Positions 41,975 through 52,010 of a DNA stretch of 64,000 nucleotides are shown here, one piece after another (within the stretch, counting starts at the first letter, position 1; each line of letters begins with the position of its first letter). Location of the stretch: positions 2,464,001-2,528,000 of the forward strand of contig OZ240219.1 of the NCBI GenBank assembly GCA_965197645.1, in the 5' to 3' direction. Under the pieces are notes generated by a model that was given only the letters and a program-made list of their open reading frames with translations, searched no databases and was not told the DNA's origin. The position numbers and the translations under genes were made by a program. This DNA is from Dehalococcoidia bacterium. Lineage in GTDB: Bacteria > Chloroflexota > Dehalococcoidia > Plut-88900.

Positions 41975-42685
41975 ATGTTGAAACTGAACCAGCGTATAGC
42001 CCAGGCAAAGGACAGCCTGCTTGACCTCCTGTTCCCCCTCTACTGCGTCGGCTGCGGTCGAGAGGGAAGCCTTATCTGTTCCCACTGTCGATCCGACCTG
42101 CCAGCAATAGAGCCTCCCTGGTGCTTCATATGCGGCCTACCTCGGGGAGGTTTCTGCGTCTGTGGCACCGACCGAAGCCGGATCTGGTCCCTTGACGGCA
42201 TCCGCTCCCCTTTCCGGTTCGAAGGCGCCATCAGGGAGGCCGTCCATGGCTTGAAGTACCGCAACATTCGCGGTCTTGCCGGCGTTCTGGCCCGGTTTCT
42301 CGCCCCCTACCTGCACAGCGATGAGATTCCCGCCGACGTTCTGGTCCCCGTGCCTCTACATCGAAAGCGTCTGCGAGAGCGGGGCTACAACCAGTCGGAT
42401 CTGCTGGCCCGCTGCCTTTCCGGGTTGACCGGCGTCCCCTGTAGAACGGACCTCCTATCCCGGGAGCGGCACGCCCTACCCCAGGCGCGGGCTGAGGACA
42501 TACGGCAGCGCAGGTCCAACGTGGTCGATGCCTTCCGAGCCGCAGCTGGCCTCATTCAGGGCGAACGGATTCTTCTCCTGGACGACGTTACGACCACCAG
42601 CTCTACCCTAGAGGCCTGCGCCTCCGAGCTCAAGGCCGCAGGAGCCGGTTCCGTCTGGGCCATCACTGTAGCTCGGGAGCTATGA
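41975..42685 (+). CDS. comF: ComF family protein (zinc ribbon + PRTase)
   Basis: CVGC..CSHC..CFICG, LKY, PVPLH..RLRERGYNQ, LLLDDVTTT. Confidence 0.88.
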   Translation: MLKLNQRIAQAKDSLLDLLFPLYCVGCGREGSLICSHCRSDLPAIEPPWCFICGLPRGGFCVCGTDRSRIWSLDGIRSPFRFEGAIREAVHGLKYRNIRGLAGVLARFLAPYLHSDEIPADVLVPVPLHRKRLRERGYNQSDLLARCLSGLTGVPCRTDLLSRERHALPQARAEDIRQRRSNVVDAFRAAAGLIQGERILLLDDVTTTSSTLEACASELKAAGAGSVWAITVAREL

Positions 42686-43782
42686 AACCCTCCTTCGTGA
42701 CCTTCGTCGGCGGCTGGGGCGATACCCCCGTCGAGCGGATGATGTCCGATGCCCACAGGGCCATGGTCCGGGATACGCTAGAGCAGGCCGCAGCCACCGG
42801 TGCGTTCCAGCAGCTGGTCGTTGTCGCCGACCTCCCCGATCTCGCCGGGAGGGTTTCCGTCGAGCCTCCACTTTCCCCTTTCCACTTCGGTCGCGAGCTC
42901 CGGAGGATCACCCACAAGTACCGCATGGAGAAAGTGTTCTACGTCGGTGGTGGCGCCTTGCCTCTTCTATCAGCCGACCGCATGGCCGAGATTGCAGATC
43001 AGCTGGCCCAATCCGACGACACCGTCATCTCCAACAACCCCTACTCCGGCGATCTGATCGCCTTCACGCCGGCCGCTGCCCTCGATGACATCGAGCTCCC
43101 CGCCATCGATAATCCCCTCCCCCGGCTGTTGGAAGCGGAGGCAGGGCTGACCGGCAACAGCCTGCCCAAGGACGTTACCACCTTGCTGGACGTGGATACG
43201 CCCACCGATCTTGCTATTCTCAGCCTCTATCCATCCACAGGACCGAACCTACGAGAACACCTGGGCGCCGTTGATCTCGACACGCGGAGAATAGAGCAGA
43301 TAGCCAGGCTGATGACCGTCCGAGAGTCGGAGCTGCTGGTGGCCGGTCGCATCGGCAGCTACGCATGGTCCAAGCTGGAGCAGGAGACGGCCTGCCGTAC
43401 CCGGATCATATCCGAGGAGCGAGGCATGCGGACCGACGGCAGAGAGGCCCGGGGATCTGCAAGGTCGGTCCTGGGCCTCCACATCGAGCGGGTCGGCCCC
43501 GGCCGGTTCTTCGAGCATATGGCCCAGCTCGGAGAGGGGGTGATCCTGGACACCCGTGTCCTGTTCAGCCACCTCGGACTCAACCTGGAACCCTCGGACC
43601 GCTACCTATCGGACATGATGCAGCCGGACGGCATCGAAAACGAGTGGCTGCGTGAGTTCACCCAGGCCGCCATAGAAGCGCCCGTGCCGGTGGTGCTCGG
43701 CGGTCATTCCCTCGTCTCGGGAGGGCTCCTGGCCATGATAGACATCGCCTGGTCCGGCGGCGATTCATTTGACAAGGTCTAG
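42682..43782 (+). CDS. Hypothetical protein with CofC/GT-A-like nucleotidyltransferase N-terminal part
   Basis: 366-aa ORF coupled to comF (ATGA overlap); LDVDTPTDL resembles the CofC-type DVDTP.DL motif. Confidence 0.6.
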   Translation: MKPSFVTFVGGWGDTPVERMMSDAHRAMVRDTLEQAAATGAFQQLVVVADLPDLAGRVSVEPPLSPFHFGRELRRITHKYRMEKVFYVGGGALPLLSADRMAEIADQLAQSDDTVISNNPYSGDLIAFTPAAALDDIELPAIDNPLPRLLEAEAGLTGNSLPKDVTTLLDVDTPTDLAILSLYPSTGPNLREHLGAVDLDTRRIEQIARLMTVRESELLVAGRIGSYAWSKLEQETACRTRIISEERGMRTDGREARGSARSVLGLHIERVGPGRFFEHMAQLGEGVILDTRVLFSHLGLNLEPSDRYLSDMMQPDGIENEWLREFTQAAIEAPVPVVLGGHSLVSGGLLAMIDIAWSGGDSFDKV

Positions 43783-43797
43783 GGCCTACTATAGACT
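43769..43797 (+). promoter_or_regulatory. glyA promoter
   Basis: TTGACA-N17-TAGACT. Confidence 0.7.
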
Positions 43798-43897
43798 AGG
43801 TTGCGCTTTGAAATGCCGCGTGAAAAGCATCGCAGCACAGGCGAAGAGGCACACTGAAAAATAGCGTGCCTCTTTATAGTTAAGGACCCTTGAGGAC

Positions 43898-45142
43898 ATG
43901 ACCGTTCTAGCCCAACAAGACCCGGATGTCGCCAGGTTCGTAGAGTCGGAAGCAGCCCGGCAGAAGCGAAAGATCGTCCTGATCGCATCGGAGAACTACG
44001 CCAGCCGGGCCGTGCTGGAAGCCGCCGGGTCCGTCCTCACCAACAAGTACGCCGAAGGGTACCCGGGTCGTCGGTACTACGGCGGCTGCGAGTACGTGGA
44101 TGAGGTCGAGACCCTGGCCATCGAGCGGGCCAAGCAGATCTTCGGGGCCGAGCACGCCAACGTCCAGCCCCACGCCGGCGCCCAGGCCAACATGGGAGTC
44201 TACTTCGCACTGCTGAAGCCCGGCGACACCGTTCTCGGCCTCCGGCTGGACCAGGGCGGTCACCTGACCCACGGCAGCCCCGTCAACTTCTCCGGCAGGT
44301 ACTACAACTTCGTGTCCTACGGCGTCGACAGGGAGACCGAGCACATCGACTACGAAGAGGTTGAGGCCCTCGCCAAGGAGCACCGGCCCAAGGTCATCGT
44401 CGCCGGCGCCACAGCCTATCCTCGCTTCATAGACTTCGCCCGGTTCCGGCAGATCGCCGACGAGGTCGACGCCGTACTAATGGTGGACATGGCCCACATC
44501 GCCGGCCTCATCGCCGCCGGAGTGCACCCTTCCTGCCTGCCCCATGCCCAGGTCGTAACCTCGACTACCCACAAGACCCTGAGAGGCCCCCGGGGTGCGT
44601 TCATCCTCAGCACCGAGGAGTTGGGGTCGTCGATAGACAAGGGCGTCTTCCCCAGGATGCAGGGCGGCCCGTTCATGCACCTGATTGCCGCCAAGGCCGT
44701 GGGATTCGGAGAGGCGATGCAGCCCGAGTTCGTTGAGTACCAGAAATCTGTGGTTGAAAACGCTAAAATCCTCTCCGACGAGCTCCAGGACCAGGGCTTG
44801 CGCATAGTCTCCGGCGGCACGGACAACCATCTGATGCTGGTGGACGTTTCCGTCCTGGGCATCACTGGCGCCGAGGCCGAAGAAGCCCTGGATTCCGTCA
44901 ACATCACCGCTAACAAGAACACCATCCCCTACGATACCAAACCCCCGAGAGTGACCAGCGGCCTGCGGTTGGGGACGCCGGCAGTCACCAGCCGGGGCTT
45001 CGGGCCGGAGGAAATGTCCAAAATCGCCCGGCTCATGTACCAGACCATCACCAACCTGAACGATAGTACGGTCTCCAGCCAGGTCAAGGAAGAGGTGGAG
45101 GCCATCACCAGCAAGTTTCCCGTCCCCGGCATCGACTATTAA
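43898..45142 (+). CDS. glyA: Serine hydroxymethyltransferase
   Basis: [48 protein letters not shown]. Confidence 0.98.
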   Translation: MTVLAQQDPDVARFVESEAARQKRKIVLIASENYASRAVLEAAGSVLTNKYAEGYPGRRYYGGCEYVDEVETLAIERAKQIFGAEHANVQPHAGAQANMGVYFALLKPGDTVLGLRLDQGGHLTHGSPVNFSGRYYNFVSYGVDRETEHIDYEEVEALAKEHRPKVIVAGATAYPRFIDFARFRQIADEVDAVLMVDMAHIAGLIAAGVHPSCLPHAQVVTSTTHKTLRGPRGAFILSTEELGSSIDKGVFPRMQGGPFMHLIAAKAVGFGEAMQPEFVEYQKSVVENAKILSDELQDQGLRIVSGGTDNHLMLVDVSVLGITGAEAEEALDSVNITANKNTIPYDTKPPRVTSGLRLGTPAVTSRGFGPEEMSKIARLMYQTITNLNDSTVSSQVKEEVEAITSKFPVPGIDY

Positions 45143-45215
45143 GTTTCCATAATGATTGTCTGGCTATGCTATAATTCCAGCGAGAAACGGCGGTTACAAA
45201 GGTCGGAGATACCAG

Positions 45216-45914
45216 TTGAGAACCTATGAACTAGTCACTATTTTTACCCCTGAAACCCTCGACGATGCAGTACCGGACAGTACCGAGCGAGTCCACAAGC
45301 TGATCTCGAACAAGGGAGGCGCCATAGGCCGGATACAGCACTGGGGCAAACGCCGGCTCTCCTATCCCATCAACCACCACACCGAGGGCCACTACGTCCT
45401 CACCAACTTCGAGATGGAACCCACCGAGATGTCTACCCTCGATTCGGAGCTTCAGGTCTCCGAAGAGATTCTGAGACATATGATCGTTCGGGTCGATGAG
45501 GAGGTGCTGAAAGCAGAGATCGCAGCCGGCCAAGCGGCCGCTGCAAGGCAGGCGGAGCAAGCCGCAGCTCGGGCCGCGGCCCAGGCTGAAAGTGAGAAGG
45601 CTCGCGAAGCCGAAGCAACCGTAGCGGCCGAGTCGGCAACGGCTACCGCCGAGGATGCGACGCCAACGGCCACCGCAGAGGACACCCAGGCCGAGGCTAC
45701 CGCCGAAGAAGCTCCCGCAGCGACGGAAGAGGAGCCCGCAACGGCGGAGGCCAAAGTGGAGACCGTAGCTGCTGATGCCGCCCCAGTCGAGACCGACGAT
45801 GGCAAAGGCGGCCCACCCACTGAGAGTGAGACCCCGACTGCCAGCGACGAACCGGAAACCGAAGAGCCGGCCAAAGAGGATGGCGACGAAAGCGAGTCGA
45901 AAGGAGCGTCTTAG
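45216..45914 (+). CDS. rpsF: 30S ribosomal protein S6 with long Ala/Glu/Thr-rich C-terminal extension
   Basis: RTYE, WGKRRLSYPI, EGHY, ILRHMIV; TTG start after GGAG; extended -10 TGCTATAAT at 45167-45175. Confidence 0.93.
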   Translation: MRTYELVTIFTPETLDDAVPDSTERVHKLISNKGGAIGRIQHWGKRRLSYPINHHTEGHYVLTNFEMEPTEMSTLDSELQVSEEILRHMIVRVDEEVLKAEIAAGQAAAARQAEQAAARAAAQAESEKAREAEATVAAESATATAEDATPTATAEDTQAEATAEEAPAATEEEPATAEAKVETVAADAAPVETDDGKGGPPTESETPTASDEPETEEPAKEDGDESESKGAS

Positions 45915-45916
45915 CC

Positions 45917-46330
45917 ATGGTGGGGCTGAACAAGATGCTGGTAATCGGCAACGTGGGAACGGATCCCGAGATGCGGTACACTCCCAATGGCAACCCGGTG
46001 ACCTCCTTCCGGCTGGCTACCAGCAGATCCTATACCGATAGGGAAGGCGAGAAGAAGCAGGACACGGAGTGGTTCACCATCGTAGCCTGGAACCAGCTGG
46101 GTGAGCAGTGCAACCAGTATCTTACCAAGGGCCGCCGGGCCTACGTCGAGGGGAGACTCAAGAGTAATTCCTGGGAAGGACCCGACGGGCGGACCCGGTT
46201 CACAAACGAGATAATCGCCCAAAGAGTCCTTTTCCTCGATAGACAGCCTACCGCCCAGCTGGGCGAAGAGTACTCGCCGGCGCCCACCGCTGACGACCCG
46301 GTGATGCAGCCCGATGACCTACCATTCTAA
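45917..46330 (+). CDS. ssb: Single-stranded DNA-binding protein
   Basis: LNKMLVIGN, TEWF, YVEGRL, C-terminal DDLPF. Confidence 0.97.
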   Translation: MVGLNKMLVIGNVGTDPEMRYTPNGNPVTSFRLATSRSYTDREGEKKQDTEWFTIVAWNQLGEQCNQYLTKGRRAYVEGRLKSNSWEGPDGRTRFTNEIIAQRVLFLDRQPTAQLGEEYSPAPTADDPVMQPDDLPF

Positions 46331-46360
46331 GAATCTACATCGTCAGGAGAGAACAGTAAG

Positions 46361-46660
46361 TTGACTACAAGGCCAAGAGGCCCCAGAGAGCGAAGACCGG
46401 GACGGCCCCGATTCTTTCATCGCCGCAGGGTATGCTCCTTCTGCGTTGATAAGCGAGACCACATAGACTATAAGGACCCCGTAGCGTTGCGCCGCTACGT
46501 TTCCGACCGGGGCAAGATAGAGCCCAAGCGGAAGACGGGGACCTGTGCCAAGCACCAACGGGTCCTCACTACGGCCCTCAAGCGCGCCCGGCACATAGCC
46601 CTCCTTCCCATGGCCCCCACCCATCTGTCAGAGACAGGCCAGATCAACGTAATCCAGTAA
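46361..46660 (+). CDS. rpsR: 30S ribosomal protein S18 (zinc-binding form)
   Basis: [30 protein letters not shown]. Confidence 0.97.
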   Translation: MTTRPRGPRERRPGRPRFFHRRRVCSFCVDKRDHIDYKDPVALRRYVSDRGKIEPKRKTGTCAKHQRVLTTALKRARHIALLPMAPTHLSETGQINVIQ

Positions 46661-46773
46661 CATCATTCCACCGCTGATAACATCGGTATCCGACACCAAC
46701 CTTCAGGCCTCGCCCCAACACCGGCCAGCGTGTCCGGCCGTTCCCGATGTAATCTTCCCCTGCTTCCAAAGAT

Positions 46774-48075
46774 ATGATGAAGGCTGCTGAAGAGATACGC
46801 ATAGGAATGCTGGGACTCGGGGTGGTGGGTGGCGGCGTAGCCCGGGTCCTGACCGAAAAATCGGGCGACCTGTGCCTCCAGGCCGGCGCCTCCCTCGTGC
46901 TTCATAACGTCCTGGTACGTGATCCAGGAAAGTCTCGCTCCTTTGGCGTCCCCCAAACGCTGCTGACCACCTCTCCCCAAGACGTCCTCTGCGACCCGGA
47001 TGTGGATATCATCGTAGAGGTGATGGGTGGCGAGTCTCCCGCCTGTGACTTCATTCAAGAGGCCCTGGCCGGCGGCAAGCACGTTGTAACCGCCAACAAG
47101 GAGGTAATCGGTAAGCATGGCCCCGAGCTGGCCAAGCTGGCCAGACGGAAGCAGGCGGCCCTCCTCTACGAAGCCAGTGCCGGCGGGGGCATACCCCTAA
47201 TCGGCACCCTGACCGATGACCTCTCCGCCGACAACATCACTTCCGTCCGGGCGATTATCAACGGCACCACCAACTACATCCTGACGCGGATGGCCCAGGA
47301 GGAGATGGATTTCGCCGATGCCCTGAACGAGGCCCGGAACCTGGGCTATGCCGAGCCCGACCCGACCGATGACATCGAGGGGATAGACGCGGGCCACAAG
47401 CTGGCCATCATGGCCTCCCTGGCCTTTCACACCGATGTACGCTCCGGAGACGTCTACCGGGAGGGGATCTCCAACCTGGCGGCCCGGGACTTTCAGTACG
47501 CCAAGGAACTGGGTTACACCATCAAGCTGCTGGCCATCGGCAAAGACCGCAACGGATCGGTGGAGGTACGGGTGCACCCGACCTTCCTGCCCGAAGAGCT
47601 GCTCCTGGCCAAGGTGGACGGCGTCTTCAACGCCGTTCAGATAGACGCCGACGTGGTAGGCTCCCTGCTCCTCTACGGCAGAGGCGCCGGTCCCCTGCCG
47701 ACGGCCAGCGCCATCATCTCGGACGTGGTCAAGATCGCTCGCAACGGCGCTTCGGGAGTGGCTCACCGCTTCGAATCGCCCCGCGGCGCCGGCAAGACGA
47801 TCCAGCCCATAGACGACATCGAGACCCAGTACTATATGCGTATGACTGTAGAGGACACCTTCGGGGTACTGGCCCAGATCACCCGTACCCTGGGCGACAA
47901 TCGTATAAGCCTGGCCTCAGTAATCCAGAAGGAGGCCAACGAGTCCAACCAGACCGCCGAGATCGTGCTCATGACCCATCCCGCCCTGGAGCGGTCCGTC
48001 AAGACCGCCATCACAGAGATGGAGAGCCTGCCGGTGGTGAAGGAGATAGGAAACCTGGTACGGGTGGAGGCCTAA
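46774..48075 (+). CDS. hom: Homoserine dehydrogenase with ACT domain
   Basis: GLGVVG, VVTANK, EASAGGGIP, NGTTNYIL, GYAEPDP, GRGAG. Confidence 0.96.
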   Translation: MMKAAEEIRIGMLGLGVVGGGVARVLTEKSGDLCLQAGASLVLHNVLVRDPGKSRSFGVPQTLLTTSPQDVLCDPDVDIIVEVMGGESPACDFIQEALAGGKHVVTANKEVIGKHGPELAKLARRKQAALLYEASAGGGIPLIGTLTDDLSADNITSVRAIINGTTNYILTRMAQEEMDFADALNEARNLGYAEPDPTDDIEGIDAGHKLAIMASLAFHTDVRSGDVYREGISNLAARDFQYAKELGYTIKLLAIGKDRNGSVEVRVHPTFLPEELLLAKVDGVFNAVQIDADVVGSLLLYGRGAGPLPTASAIISDVVKIARNGASGVAHRFESPRGAGKTIQPIDDIETQYYMRMTVEDTFGVLAQITRTLGDNRISLASVIQKEANESNQTAEIVLMTHPALERSVKTAITEMESLPVVKEIGNLVRVEA

Positions 48076-48096
48076 ACACCCGGTTATCGATGTGAG

Positions 48097-49155
48097 ATGA
48101 GCAAGGGACTCCTGGACCGCTACGCCGACCACCTCCCCCTCACCAACTCCACCCCTATCCTCACGATGGGGGAGGGCGATACCCCCCTGGTCCGCTCCCA
48201 GCAGCTGGGCCAAGAGCTGGGCGTGGGAGAGCTCTACTTCAAGCTGGAGGGCTGCAACCCCACCGGCTCCTTCAAAGACCGGGGCATGGTGCTGGCCGTC
48301 GCCAAGGCGGTTGAATCGGGCAGCGAGGCGGTTATGTGCGCCTCCACCGGCAACACCAGCGCCTCGGCCTCGGCGTACGGGGCCCGGTTCGGCCTGACCA
48401 CCTATGTCCTGGTGCCCAAGGGCAAGATCGCCAGGGGCAAGCTCGCCCAGGCCATCGCCCACAACGCCCAGGTCATCCAGATAGATGGAGGATTCGATCA
48501 GACCCTTCAGCTGGTGAAACAGCTCACCGAGACCCATCCCATCTCCCTGGTGAACTCCATCAACCCCTTTCGGCTGGAAGGCCAGAAAACCGCCGCATTC
48601 GAGATAATCGAGGAGCTGGGGAGAGCACCGGACTATCTGTGTATACCCGTGGGCAACGCCGGCAACATCACCGCTTATTGGATGGGATTTAAGGAGTATG
48701 CCGATAAGGGCCTGGCGGATGCTCGGCCCAGGATGCTGGGGTTCCAGGCAGAAGGCGCGGCGCCCATCGTCTACGGTAGACCGGTGCCCTACCCGGAGAC
48801 CGTGGCCTCGGCCATCCGCATAGGCAACCCGGCCAGTTGGAAGGGCGCTTTGACCGCCAGAAACGAGTCGGGCGGCCTGATAGATAAGGTGAGCGACGAC
48901 GAGATAATGGACGCCTACGGCATGTTGGCCAGCCGTGAGGGCATCTTCGGCGAACCCGCCTCGGCCGCTTCCCTGGCCGGTCTGAAAAAGCTGGCCGATC
49001 AGGGGAAGGACTTTCGGGATAGTACCGTCGTCTGTGTCATCACGGGCACCGGCCTCAAGGACCCCGACGCCGTGTCCTCGGTGAAAACGCCCATGTCCGA
49101 GTCGTCCCCCGACATCGCCGACGTCGAGAGGGTAATCAAAGTTGGAGTCCTCTAG
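48097..49155 (+). CDS. thrC: Threonine synthase
   Basis: GEGDTPL, NPTGSFKDRG, CASTGNTSAS, PVGNAGN, TGTGLKDP. Confidence 0.96.
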   Translation: MSKGLLDRYADHLPLTNSTPILTMGEGDTPLVRSQQLGQELGVGELYFKLEGCNPTGSFKDRGMVLAVAKAVESGSEAVMCASTGNTSASASAYGARFGLTTYVLVPKGKIARGKLAQAIAHNAQVIQIDGGFDQTLQLVKQLTETHPISLVNSINPFRLEGQKTAAFEIIEELGRAPDYLCIPVGNAGNITAYWMGFKEYADKGLADARPRMLGFQAEGAAPIVYGRPVPYPETVASAIRIGNPASWKGALTARNESGGLIDKVSDDEIMDAYGMLASREGIFGEPASAASLAGLKKLADQGKDFRDSTVVCVITGTGLKDPDAVSSVKTPMSESSPDIADVERVIKVGVL

Positions 49156-49176
49156 ACATAACTCACGGAGAGCACC

Positions 49177-49737
49177 CTGATAGACCAAGCCGCCATAGAG
49201 AAGGCCGTTGCCGACATCATAGTAGCTATCGGGGAGGACCCTGATCGAGAGGGACTTCGCGACACCCCGAAGCGGGTCGCCCGGGCCTACGCCGAGATCT
49301 TCTCCGGTCTGGGCAAAGACCCTGTCGAGGAGTTGAGGGTCGGCTTCGAAGAGGGTCATCGGGAGATGGTCATCATCAAAGACCTGCCCTTCTACTCGAT
49401 GTGCGAGCACCACCTGCTGCCCTTCATGGGCACCACCCAGCTGGGCTACATACCGGATGGCAAGGTCATAGGCGTGAGCAAGCTTGCCCGGCTCGTCGAA
49501 GTCCTCTCCCGGCGCCCCCAGCTTCAGGAGCGGCTCACCACCGAGATCGCCGACACCATCACCCGGGCCGTCAACGCCGATGGTGTGGCCGTCCTCACCT
49601 CGGCGGAGCACCTGTGCATGACCATGCGAGGCATAAAGAAGCCGGGCAGCAAGGTGGTAACCTCGGCTATGAGAGGCTATTTCAGAAAGAGCGCCAAGAC
49701 CCGCTCCGAGTTTCTCGCCCTCGTGGGACAGAGCTAG
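49177..49737 (+). CDS. folE: GTP cyclohydrolase I (CTG start inferred)
   Basis: [46 protein letters not shown]; in-frame TAA at 49159. Confidence 0.93.
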   Translation: MIDQAAIEKAVADIIVAIGEDPDREGLRDTPKRVARAYAEIFSGLGKDPVEELRVGFEEGHREMVIIKDLPFYSMCEHHLLPFMGTTQLGYIPDGKVIGVSKLARLVEVLSRRPQLQERLTTEIADTITRAVNADGVAVLTSAEHLCMTMRGIKKPGSKVVTSAMRGYFRKSAKTRSEFLALVGQS

Positions 49738-49757
49738 CTCAGCCATATAGCAGACTT

Positions 49758-50738
49758 ATGACCAGCCTATCCACCAGCCAGGAAACCTTCGACTCCCTTG
49801 AGGAAAGGTGGCTGGACGTCCTGGACCACTCCATCAACAACAACGTCTTCTATACGCCCACCTGGCAGCGAATGTGGTGGCAGGAGTTCGGGGCCGATAG
49901 CCAGCTCCACCTGTTCGGGTTCAGCCGAAACGGTGTCCTGGAGGGCGTTGCCCCGCTGATGATCTCCGATGGACAGCTCACCTTCGTGGGCAGCAATGAC
50001 GTTTGCGACTACATGGACGTTGTGGTCAGAGAGGGGTCCGAGGATGAGGTCTACCCCCGTTTCGTCGACCTTATGATGGAGCTGGACTGGCGGACCCTAT
50101 TCCTCTCAGGCATAACCGAGCGATCGGCCACCTACGAACGGCTTCCCGACCTGCTGAAACAGCAGGGCCTCACGGTGGAGGTCAGGGCGGAAGAGGTGTG
50201 CCCCAAGATCAATCTCCCCGGCACCTGGGACGAGTACCTTGCCAGCCTCCGAAAGAAAGACCGGCACGAGCTGAGACGAAAAATGAGAAGGCTTGAAAAT
50301 GCCGGTGACGCCAGCTATCATACTGTCCACAATTCTGACGCGTTCCACGACGACTTGGAGGAGTTCCTTTCTCTCCTGATAAACAGCCGGGCCGATAAAG
50401 CCCAGTTCATGACCGCAGAGCGGCAAGGGTTCTTCTACTCGGCCCTCAGTAACATGGCCGAGAAGGGCTATGTGAAGCTGATATTCCTAGAGCTGGACGG
50501 CATCCGAGTCTCCTCCGCGGTCTGCTTTGACTACAATAACTCCTTCTTCTTGTACAACAGCGGCTACAACCCGGACTACTCGTCGCTGAGTGTCGGGTTG
50601 ATTCTCAAGGCCTACTGCCTCAAAGAGGCGATAGAGGAAGGAAAAGACCAGTTCGATTTTCTGAGGGGAGCGGAACCTTACAAGTACCATCTGGGCGCCC
50701 AGGACGAGCCGATATACCGGATCTCAGCGACGAGATAG
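49758..50738 (+). CDS. CelD/BcsL (Acetyltransf_6, FemAB-like) GNAT protein
   Basis: FYTPTW..W, DYMD, WDEYLASLRKKDRHELRRK, YNSGY, FDFLRGAEPYK. Confidence 0.8.
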   Translation: MTSLSTSQETFDSLEERWLDVLDHSINNNVFYTPTWQRMWWQEFGADSQLHLFGFSRNGVLEGVAPLMISDGQLTFVGSNDVCDYMDVVVREGSEDEVYPRFVDLMMELDWRTLFLSGITERSATYERLPDLLKQQGLTVEVRAEEVCPKINLPGTWDEYLASLRKKDRHELRRKMRRLENAGDASYHTVHNSDAFHDDLEEFLSLLINSRADKAQFMTAERQGFFYSALSNMAEKGYVKLIFLELDGIRVSSAVCFDYNNSFFLYNSGYNPDYSSLSVGLILKAYCLKEAIEEGKDQFDFLRGAEPYKYHLGAQDEPIYRISATR

Positions 50739-50779
50739 GGACTGACGACTCTCCCAGTACCCGCAACGAGCTGCCACCC

Positions 50780-52003
50780 ATGGATTGTGACACCTTAAAG
50801 ATAGCTGTGATCAGCGTTCACGGTTGCCCCTTGGCCCGGCTGGGAGAGCGGGATACCGGCGGCATGAACGTCTACCTTCTTCAGCTCGCCAAGGAGCTGG
50901 GAGCGAGGGGAGTTCTCGTCGATGTCTTTACCCGCTATCACGACCCGGCCGACCCCCAGGTGGTAGACCTGGGCCCCAATGCACGGGTGGTCCACATCAA
51001 GGCGGGAGATTGGGACGAGACCAAGAGCAACATCTACCGCCTCCTGCCCGAGTTTGTCGACAATCTAATCGCCTTTCAGAGCGCCAACAACCTGAGCTAT
51101 GATCTATTCCACAGCCACTACTGGCTCTCCGGAACGGCGGTATCGCTGCTGAACCAGTACTTCAACCTGCCTCACATCGCCAGCTTCCATACCCTGGGCG
51201 AGGCCAAGATTAGAGCGCTCTCCAGCGAGTCGGAGAGCGACATCCGGATACAGTCTGAGCGGTCCATCCTCGATACTGCGGACCGTATCATCGCGGTCAG
51301 CACCCAGGACCGCAGCCACATGATCGACTACTACGAGGCGCCTTCAGAAAAGATACGGGTCATTCCCTGCGGCGTGGATATGGAGGTCTTCAGGCCCCGC
51401 GACAAAGCCCAGGCACGAAGAGAGTTGGGTATCTCGGACTCCAAAGTCCTACTCTACGTCGGGAGGGTACAGGCCCTCAAGGGCCCCGATCTCTTGTTGA
51501 AGGCCATCGGTTGCCTGGACGATGACGAAAAACAGGGCCTCAGGCTGCTGGTAGTCGGCGGAGACAAGGACGGGGACGAAGACATCATCCGCCTCAGGGA
51601 ACTCGCTCGCGAGCTGGGCATCGCCGATATGGTCAGCTTCCTGGGCATCGTGGGCCAGAGCCAGGTATCGAGGTACTACAACGCCGCCGACGTGGTCATA
51701 GTGCCCTCTCACTACGAAAGCTTCGGCCTGGTAGCCGCCGAGGCGTTGGCGTGCGGCACCCCTGTTGTCGCCTCAAGGGTCGGAGGGTTGACCGAGACCG
51801 TCAAGGACGGGGTGAACGGCTACCTGGTCTCGTGGCGCTGCCCGGAGTCCTTCGCCGAGCGGATAGAGCTTCTCCTGAACAACGAGTATCTGAGAAATGC
51901 CCTGGGCGCTCAGGCCCGGAAGTCGGTGGCCAGGCTCAACTGGCCCGTGGTGGCGGACCAGGTCCAAGAGCTGTACCGCACCGTCGCTGAGAGCCGTAAC
52001 TAG
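50780..52003 (+). CDS. mshA: GT4 glycosyltransferase, MshA-like (D-inositol-3-phosphate glycosyltransferase)
   Basis: ISVHGCPL...DTGGMNVY, DVFTR, HSHYWLSG, FHT, VGRVQALKG, PSHYESFGLVAAEALACGTPV. Confidence 0.75.
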   Translation: MDCDTLKIAVISVHGCPLARLGERDTGGMNVYLLQLAKELGARGVLVDVFTRYHDPADPQVVDLGPNARVVHIKAGDWDETKSNIYRLLPEFVDNLIAFQSANNLSYDLFHSHYWLSGTAVSLLNQYFNLPHIASFHTLGEAKIRALSSESESDIRIQSERSILDTADRIIAVSTQDRSHMIDYYEAPSEKIRVIPCGVDMEVFRPRDKAQARRELGISDSKVLLYVGRVQALKGPDLLLKAIGCLDDDEKQGLRLLVVGGDKDGDEDIIRLRELARELGIADMVSFLGIVGQSQVSRYYNAADVVIVPSHYESFGLVAAEALACGTPVVASRVGGLTETVKDGVNGYLVSWRCPESFAERIELLLNNEYLRNALGAQARKSVARLNWPVVADQVQELYRTVAESRN

Positions 52004-52010
52004 GCGGGCT

